Sequence record: MG049919
Direction: 5' to 3' (one strand)
Length of the DNA stretch: 50,552 nt
Source: Shigella phage vB_SflS-ISF001
Part shown: positions 37,345 through 45,205 of the stretch, one piece after another
Position numbering within the stretch: the stretch's first letter is position 1
Layout of the letters: each line of letters starts with the position of its first letter
The notes under the pieces: model-generated
Databases searched by the model: none
The model's input: only the letters and a program-made list of their open reading frames with translations
Told to the model about the DNA's origin: nothing
Translations under genes and position numbers: made by a program

Positions 37345-37364
37345 GTTTTAGCAATTAGTGCTAT
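37345..37364 (-). promoter_or_regulatory. early promoter cassette (20-mer + 22 bp + TATAGT in hairpin)
   Basis: Minus-strand ATAGCACTAATTGCTAAAAC; TATAGT within GGTGA/TCACC hairpin; leader CATCGACAACGAA. Confidence 0.6.
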
Positions 37365-37933
37365 TTGTTGATGAACGTAGCGGCTATGTGCAGAGCGGTA
37401 ATTTCAGGATGAACCTCAACAGAGAAGAAATCACATTCCTGATAACCGTTAACCCCGATCATATCGTCCAGGTAGATATAATCGCGACTGTCGTTATCGA
37501 AGTTGCAAACGTTGCGATGTATGCGGCATAGCTTGACCTGGATATCGCCTTCAATCATTTGCAAGATTTCGTCTTTGAATGCCCCGTCAGTAAATCCCGA
37601 AAGTAAGTGCGACTCTTTAACCTTACTTGCCGCTCGCATACCGCAGAATCGATATCCGTACTGCGGCTTGATGACTGCCTCGCTAATCCAGATCATAAAC
37701 TGGCGCGGGCTTTTACCGTTCAGGATTGACGCTGGCTCTTCTTTGTAACGACGGTCCTCATACAAGAACATGAAATACTCGTAGTTACTCCCACCCGAGA
37801 TTTCCCGAGCAATCTCAAACGTTGGTGCTTTGAAGCTGCGGAGCGCTACGTGATCGTAAGTGTCAGCCGGGATGCATCCGATAGTGTCTTTTCCCGCTCC
37901 AGGTGCGCCGTTTAAAATGATAGCTGTTTTCAT
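37361..37933 (-). CDS. P-loop nucleotide/polynucleotide kinase (dNMP kinase-like)
   Basis: Walker A GAPGAGKDT at residues 9-17, size about 190 aa. Confidence 0.6.
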   Translation of the reverse strand: MKTAIILNGAPGAGKDTIGCIPADTYDHVALRSFKAPTFEIAREISGGSNYEYFMFLYEDRRYKEEPASILNGKSPRQFMIWISEAVIKPQYGYRFCGMRAASKVKESHLLSGFTDGAFKDEILQMIEGDIQVKLCRIHRNVCNFDNDSRDYIYLDDMIGVNGYQECDFFSVEVHPEITALHIAATFINK

Positions 37934-38049
37934 GTTAGTATCTCCCTAAAAATAACTTTGCCACATTGATGATAGTGTGATTGATGATTAACAGGATGAT
38001 AACCGTCAATACCGGATGTGCTGCAATAAATTCGTATAGGTTCATTCAT
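37930..38049 (-). CDS. hypothetical small protein (39 aa)
   Basis: Not in ORF track; overlaps HAD stop and kinase start; weak RBS. Confidence 0.2.
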   Translation of the reverse strand: MNEPIRIYCSTSGIDGYHPVNHQSHYHQCGKVIFREILT

Positions 38050-38575
38050 CCACCCCGTGAGATTTTAAATGATCGTGAACGTTATCGCCATAGACAACTA
38101 CAGCGTAAGTGGTTATTGCAAGCGAGCGGAATAATGGAATAATTTGCGGTGAGTCATCCCAGGCCGCCAGAATGTTATCAATCCCGATCACGCGCACCGC
38201 CTCTTCTTTCATTGCTGTGTCTTTCCGGCTATCGGTGTGTGGTCGCATAATCAGGTAATCATATCGAGCGCCGTGATGCTTAAGCAACAACTCATATGCG
38301 TAACGCACCTCATCACTTCGCCCGGTCAAAATGATCACATGATAACCAGCGGAAAACGTAGAGTTCATCACACCGATCGTGCTTTGGATAGGGTTGTCAA
38401 ATATTGCCGCGCGGTTAAACTCGGACCAGATTTCAGTCAAGTGCAAATCTTTTGTCGGCAGCAAATGACGTCTACCGGATCCGTCATTAAGTGTCCCGTC
38501 AGAGTCAAAGATTGCGCCGCGGCGCAGACCGAGATACAGGTTGATTGTCTGGCCCCAAATGGTGATTTTATCCAT
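38042..38575 (-). CDS. HAD-superfamily phosphatase (polynucleotide 3'-phosphatase-like)
   Basis: HAD motif I FDSDGTL near N-terminus; CAGAGGAA RBS; promoter cassette upstream. Confidence 0.6.
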   Translation of the reverse strand: MDKITIWGQTINLYLGLRRGAIFDSDGTLNDGSGRRHLLPTKDLHLTEIWSEFNRAAIFDNPIQSTIGVMNSTFSAGYHVIILTGRSDEVRYAYELLLKHHGARYDYLIMRPHTDSRKDTAMKEEAVRVIGIDNILAAWDDSPQIIPLFRSLAITTYAVVVYGDNVHDHLKSHGVDE

Positions 38576-38640
38576 GATTTATTCCTCTGATTGGTTGCTT
38601 AACTCAACGAAGGGCATTCTAACAAATGCCCTTGAGCAAG

Positions 38641-38660
38641 TTTTAGCAATTCGTGCTATT
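38641..38660 (-). promoter_or_regulatory. early promoter cassette
   Basis: Minus-strand AATAGCACGAATTGCTAAAA; TAGAAT 22 bp downstream in AGGGCATT/AATGCCCT hairpin. Confidence 0.6.
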
Positions 38661-39105
38661 ACCAGCATCTGATCTCGTATTCAGCCGAATCGTCAAAATC
38701 ACTTCGGCAGTATGTGCCACTATAATTTTCCATCATTTTATCGATCAGGAAGTAGCGCAACTCACCGTTACAATAGAAGTATGAATCAGCAACGTTACGC
38801 GCCCAGTGCCCAGCCTCCTTCTTGCTCATCTTCCAGTGCTTCATTGCACTCTTCTTGAATGCACGCACGACGCGCTTGGGGATCTTAATGTGCTTGTACA
38901 CCTCGTTGCATCCGTAGGCCATATATTCGTTATCGCCAAGATTCCGCATAATGTACGGATTTAATTCTTTTGACGTAATCATCAGATCGCCACCGCCGTG
39001 ACGAGCATCATAAATACCTGCTGTCATGTAGTGACCTTTGAACATACCAATGCCGTGCAAAGTGTACTCAGCGTTAGGCGTTTCAATGCAAATTAAGTGT
39101 TTCAT
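38659..39105 (-). CDS. hypothetical protein (148 aa)
   Basis: Start at internal ATG with GAGGAAG RBS (track ORF to 39147); promoter cassette upstream. Confidence 0.45.
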   Translation of the reverse strand: MKHLICIETPNAEYTLHGIGMFKGHYMTAGIYDARHGGGDLMITSKELNPYIMRNLGDNEYMAYGCNEVYKHIKIPKRVVRAFKKSAMKHWKMSKKEAGHWARNVADSYFYCNGELRYFLIDKMMENYSGTYCRSDFDDSAEYEIRCW

Positions 39106-39160
39106 GAGTGCTTCCTCGTTTGTTGGTGTAGGGGAATCATAGCGCATTCCCCTTGATAGG

Positions 39161-39180
39161 TTTTAGCAATTCGTGCTATT
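39161..39180 (-). promoter_or_regulatory. early promoter cassette
   Basis: Minus-strand AATAGCACGAATTGCTAAAA; TATGAT 22 bp downstream in AGGGGAAT/ATTCCCCT hairpin. Confidence 0.6.
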
Positions 39181-39381
39181 CGTTATAATAGTGATGGAAA
39201 AATAATTTTTAAAGCACGTCACCCCTCGCGCTAAATCGACTTGTGGGAGCCTTGAAATTTCGTGGGCCAATTCCACTGCCGACACGTCAGATTTGTAGTA
39301 GAGTGCGATTCTGCAGGTATTTGGGGGCATTCCTTCCACTGCGTCAGGCGCTGCATCTTCTGCTGTCATGATAGTAGCCAT
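39163..39381 (-). CDS. hypothetical protein (72 aa)
   Basis: ORF track; C-terminal codons NSTNC-stop are encoded by the 20-mer motif. Confidence 0.4.
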   Translation of the reverse strand: MATIMTAEDAAPDAVEGMPPNTCRIALYYKSDVSAVELAHEISRLPQVDLARGVTCFKNYFSITIITNSTNC

Positions 39382-39496
39382 AAAACCCCCTTAAGAGATA
39401 ATGTCAGGACCAGGAGGCAGAATAGCAACTCCTGAAATGATGGCGGCTCGTTATTCCAGTTAGAAAAGTCTGGCATAGTGTTTTCTCCAAAAGAAA

Positions 39497-39532
39497 GGGG
39501 AACCGCTCAGAGTCGATTCCCCGTTAAAATTA
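39497..39532 (-). terminator. terminator-like hairpin after gene 39530-40168
   Basis: GGGGAA...TTCCCC stem with T-rich tail on minus strand. Confidence 0.4.
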
Positions 39533-40168
39533 CATGATGAACATCAGCGAAATCGAAGCGACCAGGAGAACAAGAGCGATAGCTAGGCCAGACAAGTCTG
39601 CTTTCTCTTCAAACTTCATTGCTGGCTTGCGGTCAACATTAATAGGCTTGACGTTGCTAATCTTGCTGGTGTTGATCTTGCCAATGACGCGGGAGGAGCG
39701 CTTGCGGTTCTTGCCGAACGTTGCGAACTTAGTGCCTGCACTGTTCCAACGAAGTCCTTCGCCATTATGCGTTACGGTACCGATGCGGTGACGGCCCGTG
39801 TCGTGAGTAAGCGCTACAGTGTGCTTTGCCTGCTCAGTAGGAACGTCGTAGTTTTTTCCAACACTAAATATTTTGGTGATATCGCTGATACATTCAAATT
39901 TCAAAAATTTTACCTCTTTATTATGCAGTTGTTTGATTGCTTCCATTACGTCTCTAAATATAACACCATCCACGATTCGATGGAAGATATATTTTGAACT
40001 ACCGCAATACGGCTGGAAAATTTCCTGGTTCTCGTGAGGACGGATGATGTTAACGTTGCTACCGTGCTCATCCACGACAACGAAGCTCTCGTCATTGACG
40101 TGAGCGCCTTCGTAGATTTTTCCCCACTTATAGCCCGATCCGTTACTTGATACGCATTCAAATTTCAT
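39530..40168 (-). CDS. tail-anchored membrane protein (212 aa)
   Basis: C-terminal TM LSGLAIALVLLVASISLMFIM; internal KFEC repeat; terminator downstream. Confidence 0.45.
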   Translation of the reverse strand: MKFECVSSNGSGYKWGKIYEGAHVNDESFVVVDEHGSNVNIIRPHENQEIFQPYCGSSKYIFHRIVDGVIFRDVMEAIKQLHNKEVKFLKFECISDITKIFSVGKNYDVPTEQAKHTVALTHDTGRHRIGTVTHNGEGLRWNSAGTKFATFGKNRKRSSRVIGKINTSKISNVKPINVDRKPAMKFEEKADLSGLAIALVLLVASISLMFIM

Positions 40169-40172
40169 TTTT

Positions 40173-40460
40173 CTATGGTCTAACCTTCCTATAAGGCATG
40201 ATTGATAACATCACGAATTGCGTGAAGTCGCATTCCTGATCGTCATTCCCGCGATTGATGTATGGAGTCTCGTCTGTAACATCGCATACCCTGGCGTGAA
40301 CTTCCCACCCGCTAAACTCACCCCGATGGAACTCTCGTAGCTGCAAGATATCGCCAATGTGGAAGTTGCGGTCATTGTTGCGGAACTCTGCCGTTATGGT
40401 TCCCTTCTTTACTCCAATGAAAGGTACCGGGTTAATTTTTAACTTATGACTCTTGCTCAT
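40173..40460 (-). CDS. ASCH/PUA-like domain protein (95 aa)
   Basis: GVKKGTITAEFR...GDILQLRE resembles ASCH-type fold signature; promoter cassette upstream. Confidence 0.4.
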   Translation of the reverse strand: MSKSHKLKINPVPFIGVKKGTITAEFRNNDRNFHIGDILQLREFHRGEFSGWEVHARVCDVTDETPYINRGNDDQECDFTQFVMLSIMPYRKVRP

Positions 40461-40523
40461 GATGCCTCACTGATTGGTTGCCATTCTTCAATAAGGCCAC
40501 TATATCAAATGGCCTTGCGGAAG

Positions 40524-40541
40524 GTTTAGCAATTCGTGCTA
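40524..40541 (-). promoter_or_regulatory. early promoter cassette
   Basis: Minus-strand ATAGCACGAATTGCTAAA; TATAGT 22 bp downstream in GGCCA/TGGCC hairpin. Confidence 0.6.
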
Positions 40542-40687
40542 TCGTTTAACGCACATAGTTTTTACTTCTTGTCCGAACGGTTTGTTTTCTGCAATCACCT
40601 CCCGACCTCTTTCGCATCGTTGCTGACTTTCCATGTATACGTGATCCGGCCCGGTGCTCATCAAGATAATCAAGACCCATGCAGCCA

Positions 40688-41194
40688 TTATTTCACCTGA
40701 TAGGGGACGAGCGTTCCGCGCGTAGTGCTGATTACACCTGATACGGTCTTGTTCTTGAAGCCGCCGTGAAGCAATAGAATCCTGATGATATGGTCGTGCA
40801 CCTCAATAGTTTTTGGTGTCGCGGTAGTCTCAATCCAAGAATGGCTGTTAATCTGGACACCTTTTTGCGTTGCGCTAAGTGGCACGTTCTCGATCTGAGT
40901 ACACTGTAGCGATGGCTTGATTTCTAGCTTTCCAGCTTTGAATATTGAGCCTTCAATCTTCCAGCTATCATACAAGCTGTAAGTATTCTGATTGACGCTC
41001 ATATTGTAGTAGTAGTCCTTATCTGGTGAATTTTCTTTATTCACTCCGTTATGTCTGGCAATAAACGACTCCAGCATAAGCTGCGATACCTCATCAGTGG
41101 CGCACGTTCCCTTATCATCACTGGTGAACGTAATTACACCACATCCCATGCTGATAAATTTGATCGGGAATATGACTTCTTCTCGTTTCAACAT
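40688..41194 (-). CDS. hypothetical protein (168 aa)
   Basis: ORF track; AAGAGGAA RBS; promoter cassette upstream. Confidence 0.5.
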   Translation of the reverse strand: MLKREEVIFPIKFISMGCGVITFTSDDKGTCATDEVSQLMLESFIARHNGVNKENSPDKDYYYNMSVNQNTYSLYDSWKIEGSIFKAGKLEIKPSLQCTQIENVPLSATQKGVQINSHSWIETTATPKTIEVHDHIIRILLLHGGFKNKTVSGVISTTRGTLVPYQVK

Positions 41195-41249
41195 AATGAT
41201 TTCCTCTTAGTGGTTGATATGGGGATTGTACCAGTCAGGCCAAATCCCC

Positions 41250-41269
41250 TTTTAACAATTCGTGCTTAG
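41250..41269 (-). promoter_or_regulatory. early promoter cassette
   Basis: Minus-strand CTAAGCACGAATTGTTAAAA; TACAAT 22 bp downstream in GGGGATT/AATCCCC hairpin; upstream gene stop TAA embedded. Confidence 0.6.
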
Positions 41270-41754
41270 TAAACCAACTCGCACTCAATATCGAACGGCT
41301 CGCCGTTCCAGACGAAGAAGCAAAGTGCCTCTATATTCATCCCGCCGATAAATCCAACGGCTTTCAACTGCTCATCGTTAACGTATGCCAGGTTGCTAGT
41401 AATTCTTTCAAAGTCAACGATAACCGGGAACGTGGGATTCTCATACTCCCAGCGCATCGGGTAGCCGCCATTACTGAGAAGTCGAACCTTGGGCGGCTTA
41501 GGATTTGCTTGGACTTCCCATTCAAAGAACGACATCGTTCCGTCATTCTCGTTTTTGTCAGCCGGACCAAATACATGGCTAACCGAAAGTCCATAGTCCA
41601 GATCGTACACGCCAGCAAAAACCAGATCGTCAACCTTAACGCGGTAGCCTGTAGTGCTGGAATCACACTTCACCGCATCAACCACGATAGGGTCAGCTTC
41701 CAGGTCGCGAGTAAAGCCTTTGTAACCGCCAGTGCACAGTAATTTAATTTTCAT
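41266..41754 (-). CDS. hypothetical protein (162 aa)
   Basis: ORF track; GAGGA RBS; promoter cassette upstream; stop codon embedded in next 20-mer. Confidence 0.5.
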   Translation of the reverse strand: MKIKLLCTGGYKGFTRDLEADPIVVDAVKCDSSTTGYRVKVDDLVFAGVYDLDYGLSVSHVFGPADKNENDGTMSFFEWEVQANPKPPKVRLLSNGGYPMRWEYENPTFPVIVDFERITSNLAYVNDEQLKAVGFIGGMNIEALCFFVWNGEPFDIECELVY

Positions 41755-41809
41755 GTTATCGTCCTCGTTCGTTGTCGATGTGGTTACTATATCGCAACCA
41801 CATGATCGC

Positions 41810-41831
41810 GTTTTAACAAAAAGTGCTATTC
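41810..41831 (-). promoter_or_regulatory. early promoter cassette
   Basis: Minus-strand ATAGCACTTTTTGTTAAAAC; TATAGT in GTGGTT/AACCAC hairpin; leader CATCGACAACGAA. Confidence 0.6.
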
Positions 41832-42017
41832 TTTAATTTCGAAGCAAAGCGTATCTTCATCGAATTCCCAGGGATCGCCATTATCATCAAGCAATGAGAT
41901 GTTACCGAAGCTGGTTAGCGAACGGTTATAAGGCTTGTCGACAGTATTCCAGTCCTTTACTTCCTCATCTTTGCTACCAAAGAATACTGCAATCATTTGG
42001 TGCATAAAATCAGCCAT
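41826..42017 (-). CDS. small acidic protein (63 aa)
   Basis: ORF track; AGGA RBS; hairpin upstream. Confidence 0.4.
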   Translation of the reverse strand: MADFMHQMIAVFFGSKDEEVKDWNTVDKPYNRSLTSFGNISLLDDNGDPWEFDEDTLCFEIKE

Positions 42018-42026
42018 TTTTAAATC

Positions 42027-42200
42027 CTATTCGCAAGTGATCTCATTTGATGAGATTGGTAGCTTAACAAAGCCAACCATCACTTTCGTAGTAACCTGGC
42101 TGGGGGTCTTGTGACAGCTATCAGTGACCTCTCCGCAGCCTGATTCTATCAGGATAGCCAGAGCGACCGACACCATCATGCAAATCTTTATTCGCATCAT
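42027..42200 (-). CDS. small exported/lipoprotein-like protein (57 aa)
   Basis: Start at internal Met of ORF 42027-42284; N-terminal hydrophobic segment ending ESGC (non-canonical lipobox). Confidence 0.35.
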   Translation of the reverse strand: MMRIKICMMVSVALAILIESGCGEVTDSCHKTPSQVTTKVMVGFVKLPISSNEITCE

Positions 42201-42307
42201 TCGAACGCCCCAGCACACAAGAGCAACATTACCACGATGCCAACCATGACGTGACCCATGCAGAAGAACCAGACGGCAGACCATAAAGCAATTGTATTGA
42301 AGTTCAT
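42197..42307 (-). CDS. small membrane peptide (36 aa)
   Basis: Internal ATG of ORF 42197-42412 with AGGTG RBS; single TM WSAVWFFCMGHVMVGIVVMLLLCAGAF. Confidence 0.35.
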   Translation of the reverse strand: MNFNTIALWSAVWFFCMGHVMVGIVVMLLLCAGAFE

Positions 42308-42531
42308 TTTAGCACCTCGATCTTGTTGTTGGGGATTGAGTTCACTACGATCGCTTGCGAGTTTTCTCCCGTGATTCGTATGTAGAAGTTGCCAATCGCC
42401 GCCAAGAACCACTGACCGCGAAATTTCAAATAAATTCCGTGCTTTGCAGGCATAGCGTAGTGAGTGGATTTTGCCGGAATCATGTACCCGTTTACGTGGG
42501 TGAGTTTAGTCTGAAAATTGTAACGTGGCAT
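42304..42531 (-). CDS. hypothetical protein (75 aa)
   Basis: ORF track; GAGGAA RBS. Confidence 0.4.
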   Translation of the reverse strand: MPRYNFQTKLTHVNGYMIPAKSTHYAMPAKHGIYLKFRGQWFLAAIGNFYIRITGENSQAIVVNSIPNNKIEVLK

Positions 42532-42537
42532 AATTAT

Positions 42538-42768
42538 TTATTCCTCAATTAAGGTGCTGATATCATCTTTGCCCTGGAGCAGTGCATTCCAGTCTAGGAA
42601 GTTTGCAAGGTTTTCGCACCACACGGACTTTCCGTTATCTTCCTTGTAGGTTTTGTATCCACCCGGCACGGCTTTGACTGCAAAGCGGTGAACTATCGAT
42701 GTGATGAAAATAGCAAAGCGGTTGTTATTCCTTGAATCGATGGCTAGCTGGTTCTTGACGATTGACAT
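42538..42768 (-). CDS. hypothetical protein (76 aa)
   Basis: ORF track; AACCAATCAGAGGA leader and promoter cassette upstream. Confidence 0.5.
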   Translation of the reverse strand: MSIVKNQLAIDSRNNNRFAIFITSIVHRFAVKAVPGGYKTYKEDNGKSVWCENLANFLDWNALLQGKDDISTLIEE

Positions 42769-42829
42769 GGTTAATCCTCTGATTGGTATCTCGTTTCGAT
42801 GGGGTAACTATAGCAAGATGCCCCGATCC

Positions 42830-42851
42830 GGTTTTAACAATTCGTGCTATT
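42830..42851 (-). promoter_or_regulatory. early promoter cassette
   Basis: Minus-strand ATAGCACGAATTGTTAAAAC; TATAGT 22 bp downstream; leader ATCGAAACGAGA. Confidence 0.55.
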
Positions 42852-43317
42852 TAGTGAGATACTTTACGCCTGTTCCGGCAACCTCATTCCAGACATCCTC
42901 AAAGTGTACGCTATAGCAAGTTGCAGAACGCAGGCGTTCCTTCGACACAGTGCGCCACACCTTACGTCCCGAGTAACCAGTCAGTACTCGGATCCCTGGC
43001 AACAACGCACCCGACTTTCTCACCTTAATGGCAACAGCTGAACCAAGCCCGAACGACTCAAGGTCAACTGGGTCAATCATATCGCACATGCGGCGATCTT
43101 CGTTCTCGTCTGCCCATTCACAGCCATCTCTACACTTCATAACTTCAATAATACATACCAATTTCTCAGTTAGTGAGTTTGAACCATATGTGTCTATATC
43201 AATAACCGTGCAGTGACTGTACATATGGGAATGCGATCCGGTAAAATGCTCAAACGCGAAGAATGACATTTCATCATCAAGCACATCTTTAGCCAGAAAT
43301 ACGGTAATGGTTGTCAT
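42847..43317 (-). CDS. hypothetical Cys/His-rich protein (156 aa)
   Basis: Start at internal ATG overlapping upstream stop (track ORF to 43389). Confidence 0.45.
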   Translation of the reverse strand: MTTITVFLAKDVLDDEMSFFAFEHFTGSHSHMYSHCTVIDIDTYGSNSLTEKLVCIIEVMKCRDGCEWADENEDRRMCDMIDPVDLESFGLGSAVAIKVRKSGALLPGIRVLTGYSGRKVWRTVSKERLRSATCYSVHFEDVWNEVAGTGVKYLTK

Positions 43318-43319
43318 GA

Positions 43320-43514
43320 TTAAGCCTCTGCAAAGTAAGTGATAAAGCCTTTGAGAAAGTAGTCGCTTCCAACTCGCTCCACGACCCATGTCAGAGGCGA
43401 GTGATACGCAACCATATCCTCATGGTCGATCGTGATTTCGGTTCCTTTCTTGTACAGACCCTTCCCGTGAGTAGAGTCGCGCAGAACAACCACTACGTCA
43501 ATTTGCGTTTCCAT
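43320..43514 (-). CDS. hypothetical protein (64 aa)
   Basis: ORF track; GAGGAAACAAAG RBS; promoter cassette upstream. Confidence 0.5.
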   Translation of the reverse strand: METQIDVVVVLRDSTHGKGLYKKGTEITIDHEDMVAYHSPLTWVVERVGSDYFLKGFITYFAEA

Positions 43515-43569
43515 CTTTGTTTCCTCATTCGTTGTCGATGGGATAACTATACCAGGTTATCCCGATCCG

Positions 43570-43591
43570 GTTTTAACAAAAAGTGCTATTC
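43570..43591 (-). promoter_or_regulatory. early promoter cassette
   Basis: Minus-strand ATAGCACTTTTTGTTAAAAC; TATAGT in GGGATAAC/GTTATCCC hairpin; leader CATCGACAACGAA. Confidence 0.6.
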
Positions 43592-43915
43592 TACAATGAA
43601 CACGACGTCGGTGTTTTCGGACCCTTCCGGTTTCGTAATGTTCATAAGCTCACAGTGCGGAACCTCAAGGCTTTTCATCTTGAGGGTTATCTTGTACCCA
43701 TTCAAGATTTCGTGAATAAGTCTAAGAACCTTCTCTGACGCCTCTTTCTTGCTAAGACCCCTTACGTCGTACGTTGGGCCAATAGTATTAAGGTTTACTG
43801 AGATTAAAACTTTACCAGTCACGGCATCAGCTATCTTGTTGTTGTTCTCTTCCTGCTTCTCGCTATCCAGCGTTCGTCTATCCATCACCTTCGTATCAAA
43901 CATGTTAGTAAACAT
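43586..43915 (-). CDS. hypothetical protein (109 aa)
   Basis: ATG with AAGGGGG RBS at 7 nt (track ORF begins at GTG 43921). Confidence 0.45.
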   Translation of the reverse strand: MFTNMFDTKVMDRRTLDSEKQEENNNKIADAVTGKVLISVNLNTIGPTYDVRGLSKKEASEKVLRLIHEILNGYKITLKMKSLEVPHCELMNITKPEGSENTDVVFIVE

Positions 43916-43927
43916 AATCACTCCCCC

Positions 43928-44503
43928 TTACAGTCCGCACTTTTCTTTATGCGCACTCATCTGGCGAACCAGGTCGCGCACGGCACTTACAGTTATGTCG
44001 CCTTTCTCAATGTCATCATTATCAGGAACAAACCAGTCAAGGTAGTCAGCCGGGCTAACTCTTTTCCGGGTGAGGCGCTTCTTCACCGGAACCTCTTCGT
44101 CACTCACGGAAATAGTAACGACTCGCAACTTCTCATCGATCATGGTCACGCTCACCTTGACCCACTTGCCGATTTTGGAGAAGTGTCGCGATACGATCGG
44201 GGTGATTTCTGAGGATTTAAACTTCTCGATAATCTCTTCGGTCCGCCCAAGCAACCAGGACCCGGCGCACTCGACAACATCATAATCGTCGACGTCTGGC
44301 ATTGACTTCCTCACACAGGCCTCAGCCATCTGAGTAGCGTCGAATGTGAACTCAGTATTCACGCCATCACCATAAAGCTGATCGCAAGCGGCCCGGATAA
44401 CATCAGACACCTTAACCTCCTGGCGCTGCTCAACCGTTACCCCAGCCTTCTCGGAACCTGCCTGCATTGCTGCCTGAACCGCATCTGATTGGTAAGAACT
44501 CAT
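43928..44503 (-). CDS. hypothetical protein (191 aa), first gene of leftward early unit
   Basis: Start at internal ATG with AAGGAG RBS (track ORF to 44593); adjacent to control region B. Confidence 0.5.
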   Translation of the reverse strand: MSSYQSDAVQAAMQAGSEKAGVTVEQRQEVKVSDVIRAACDQLYGDGVNTEFTFDATQMAEACVRKSMPDVDDYDVVECAGSWLLGRTEEIIEKFKSSEITPIVSRHFSKIGKWVKVSVTMIDEKLRVVTISVSDEEVPVKKRLTRKRVSPADYLDWFVPDNDDIEKGDITVSAVRDLVRQMSAHKEKCGL

Positions 44504-44920
44504 AGGTTTCTCCTTAGTTTCAATATACACAATGATTAACGCGTAACAGCGCGTCTCTAATTGCAGTGTTACACGACGACCCGCCTGCGTCAAGGCTTGC
44601 AGGTCGATTTTAAGTGTGGTTAATCGTGTTAATCGTGTTAATCGCTTTCCCCATATAAATATGAGCCGATAAAACTACTGTATATATAAACATGAATACA
44701 ATAATCAGAGCATCCAACGATTAACATAGTAGACACGCTATACAACCATATTACAGATAATAGTATCTATATATATAAATAAAAAAAATACTTATATATT
44801 ATATATATACATATAGATATATGTATATTATAAGGCGTAATTTGGTGTAATTTTGTCTACTATTGAGATTCAGGCAAATTGTAGACAACTGTTAACACAC
44901 GGTCAAGTGTAACCGTAATC

Positions 44921-44940
44921 GATAGCACGTTTTGCTAAAA
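44921..44940 (+). promoter_or_regulatory. 20-mer motif copy inside control region B (no obvious -10 or gene)
   Basis: ATAGCACGTTTTGCTAAAAA; about 265 nt upstream of first rightward gene. Confidence 0.4.
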
Positions 44941-45125
44941 ATGGAGATAACCACCAGGCGAACCGGGTAACACCAGATCCTCCCTCTCACAATCATTGCA
45001 TTCTAAGCAACAAATAAACCAACTGTTGCACACCGTGCAATAATCACGTTTCATCATTCGTAATCAATAACAATCAAGGTTATTACACCTATTCCAGTAT
45101 TGATGGAATAATGAGCAATTATTGG

Positions 45126-45145
45126 AATAGCATTTTTTGCTAACG
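45126..45145 (+). promoter_or_regulatory. early promoter cassette for rightward unit
   Basis: ATAGCATTTTTTGCTAACG; tandem GGTCGGGTA x2 then GTATAG 22 bp downstream; leader AACCAATCAGAAGAGGAAG. Confidence 0.55.
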
Positions 45146-45205
45146 ACTCGGTCGGGTAGGTCGGGTATAGTCCGGCCCATAAACCAATCAGAAGAGGAAG
45201 CAACA

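Larger units (their letters stand above)
44594..45205. repeat. divergent control region B with iteron-like repeats, tandem 9-mer and AT-rich core
   Basis: GTGTTAATC x3 tandem (about 44616-44645); TAGACACGCTATACAAC and TAGACAACTGTTAACACAC near-identical to elements in region A; long AT-only tract 44750-44830. Confidence 0.55.

Noticed and set aside
44611-44645. Short tandem repeat GTGTTAATC x3 as possible CRISPR array
   Set aside because: Only three 9-bp units with no spacers and no cas genes; consistent with iterons, not CRISPR.
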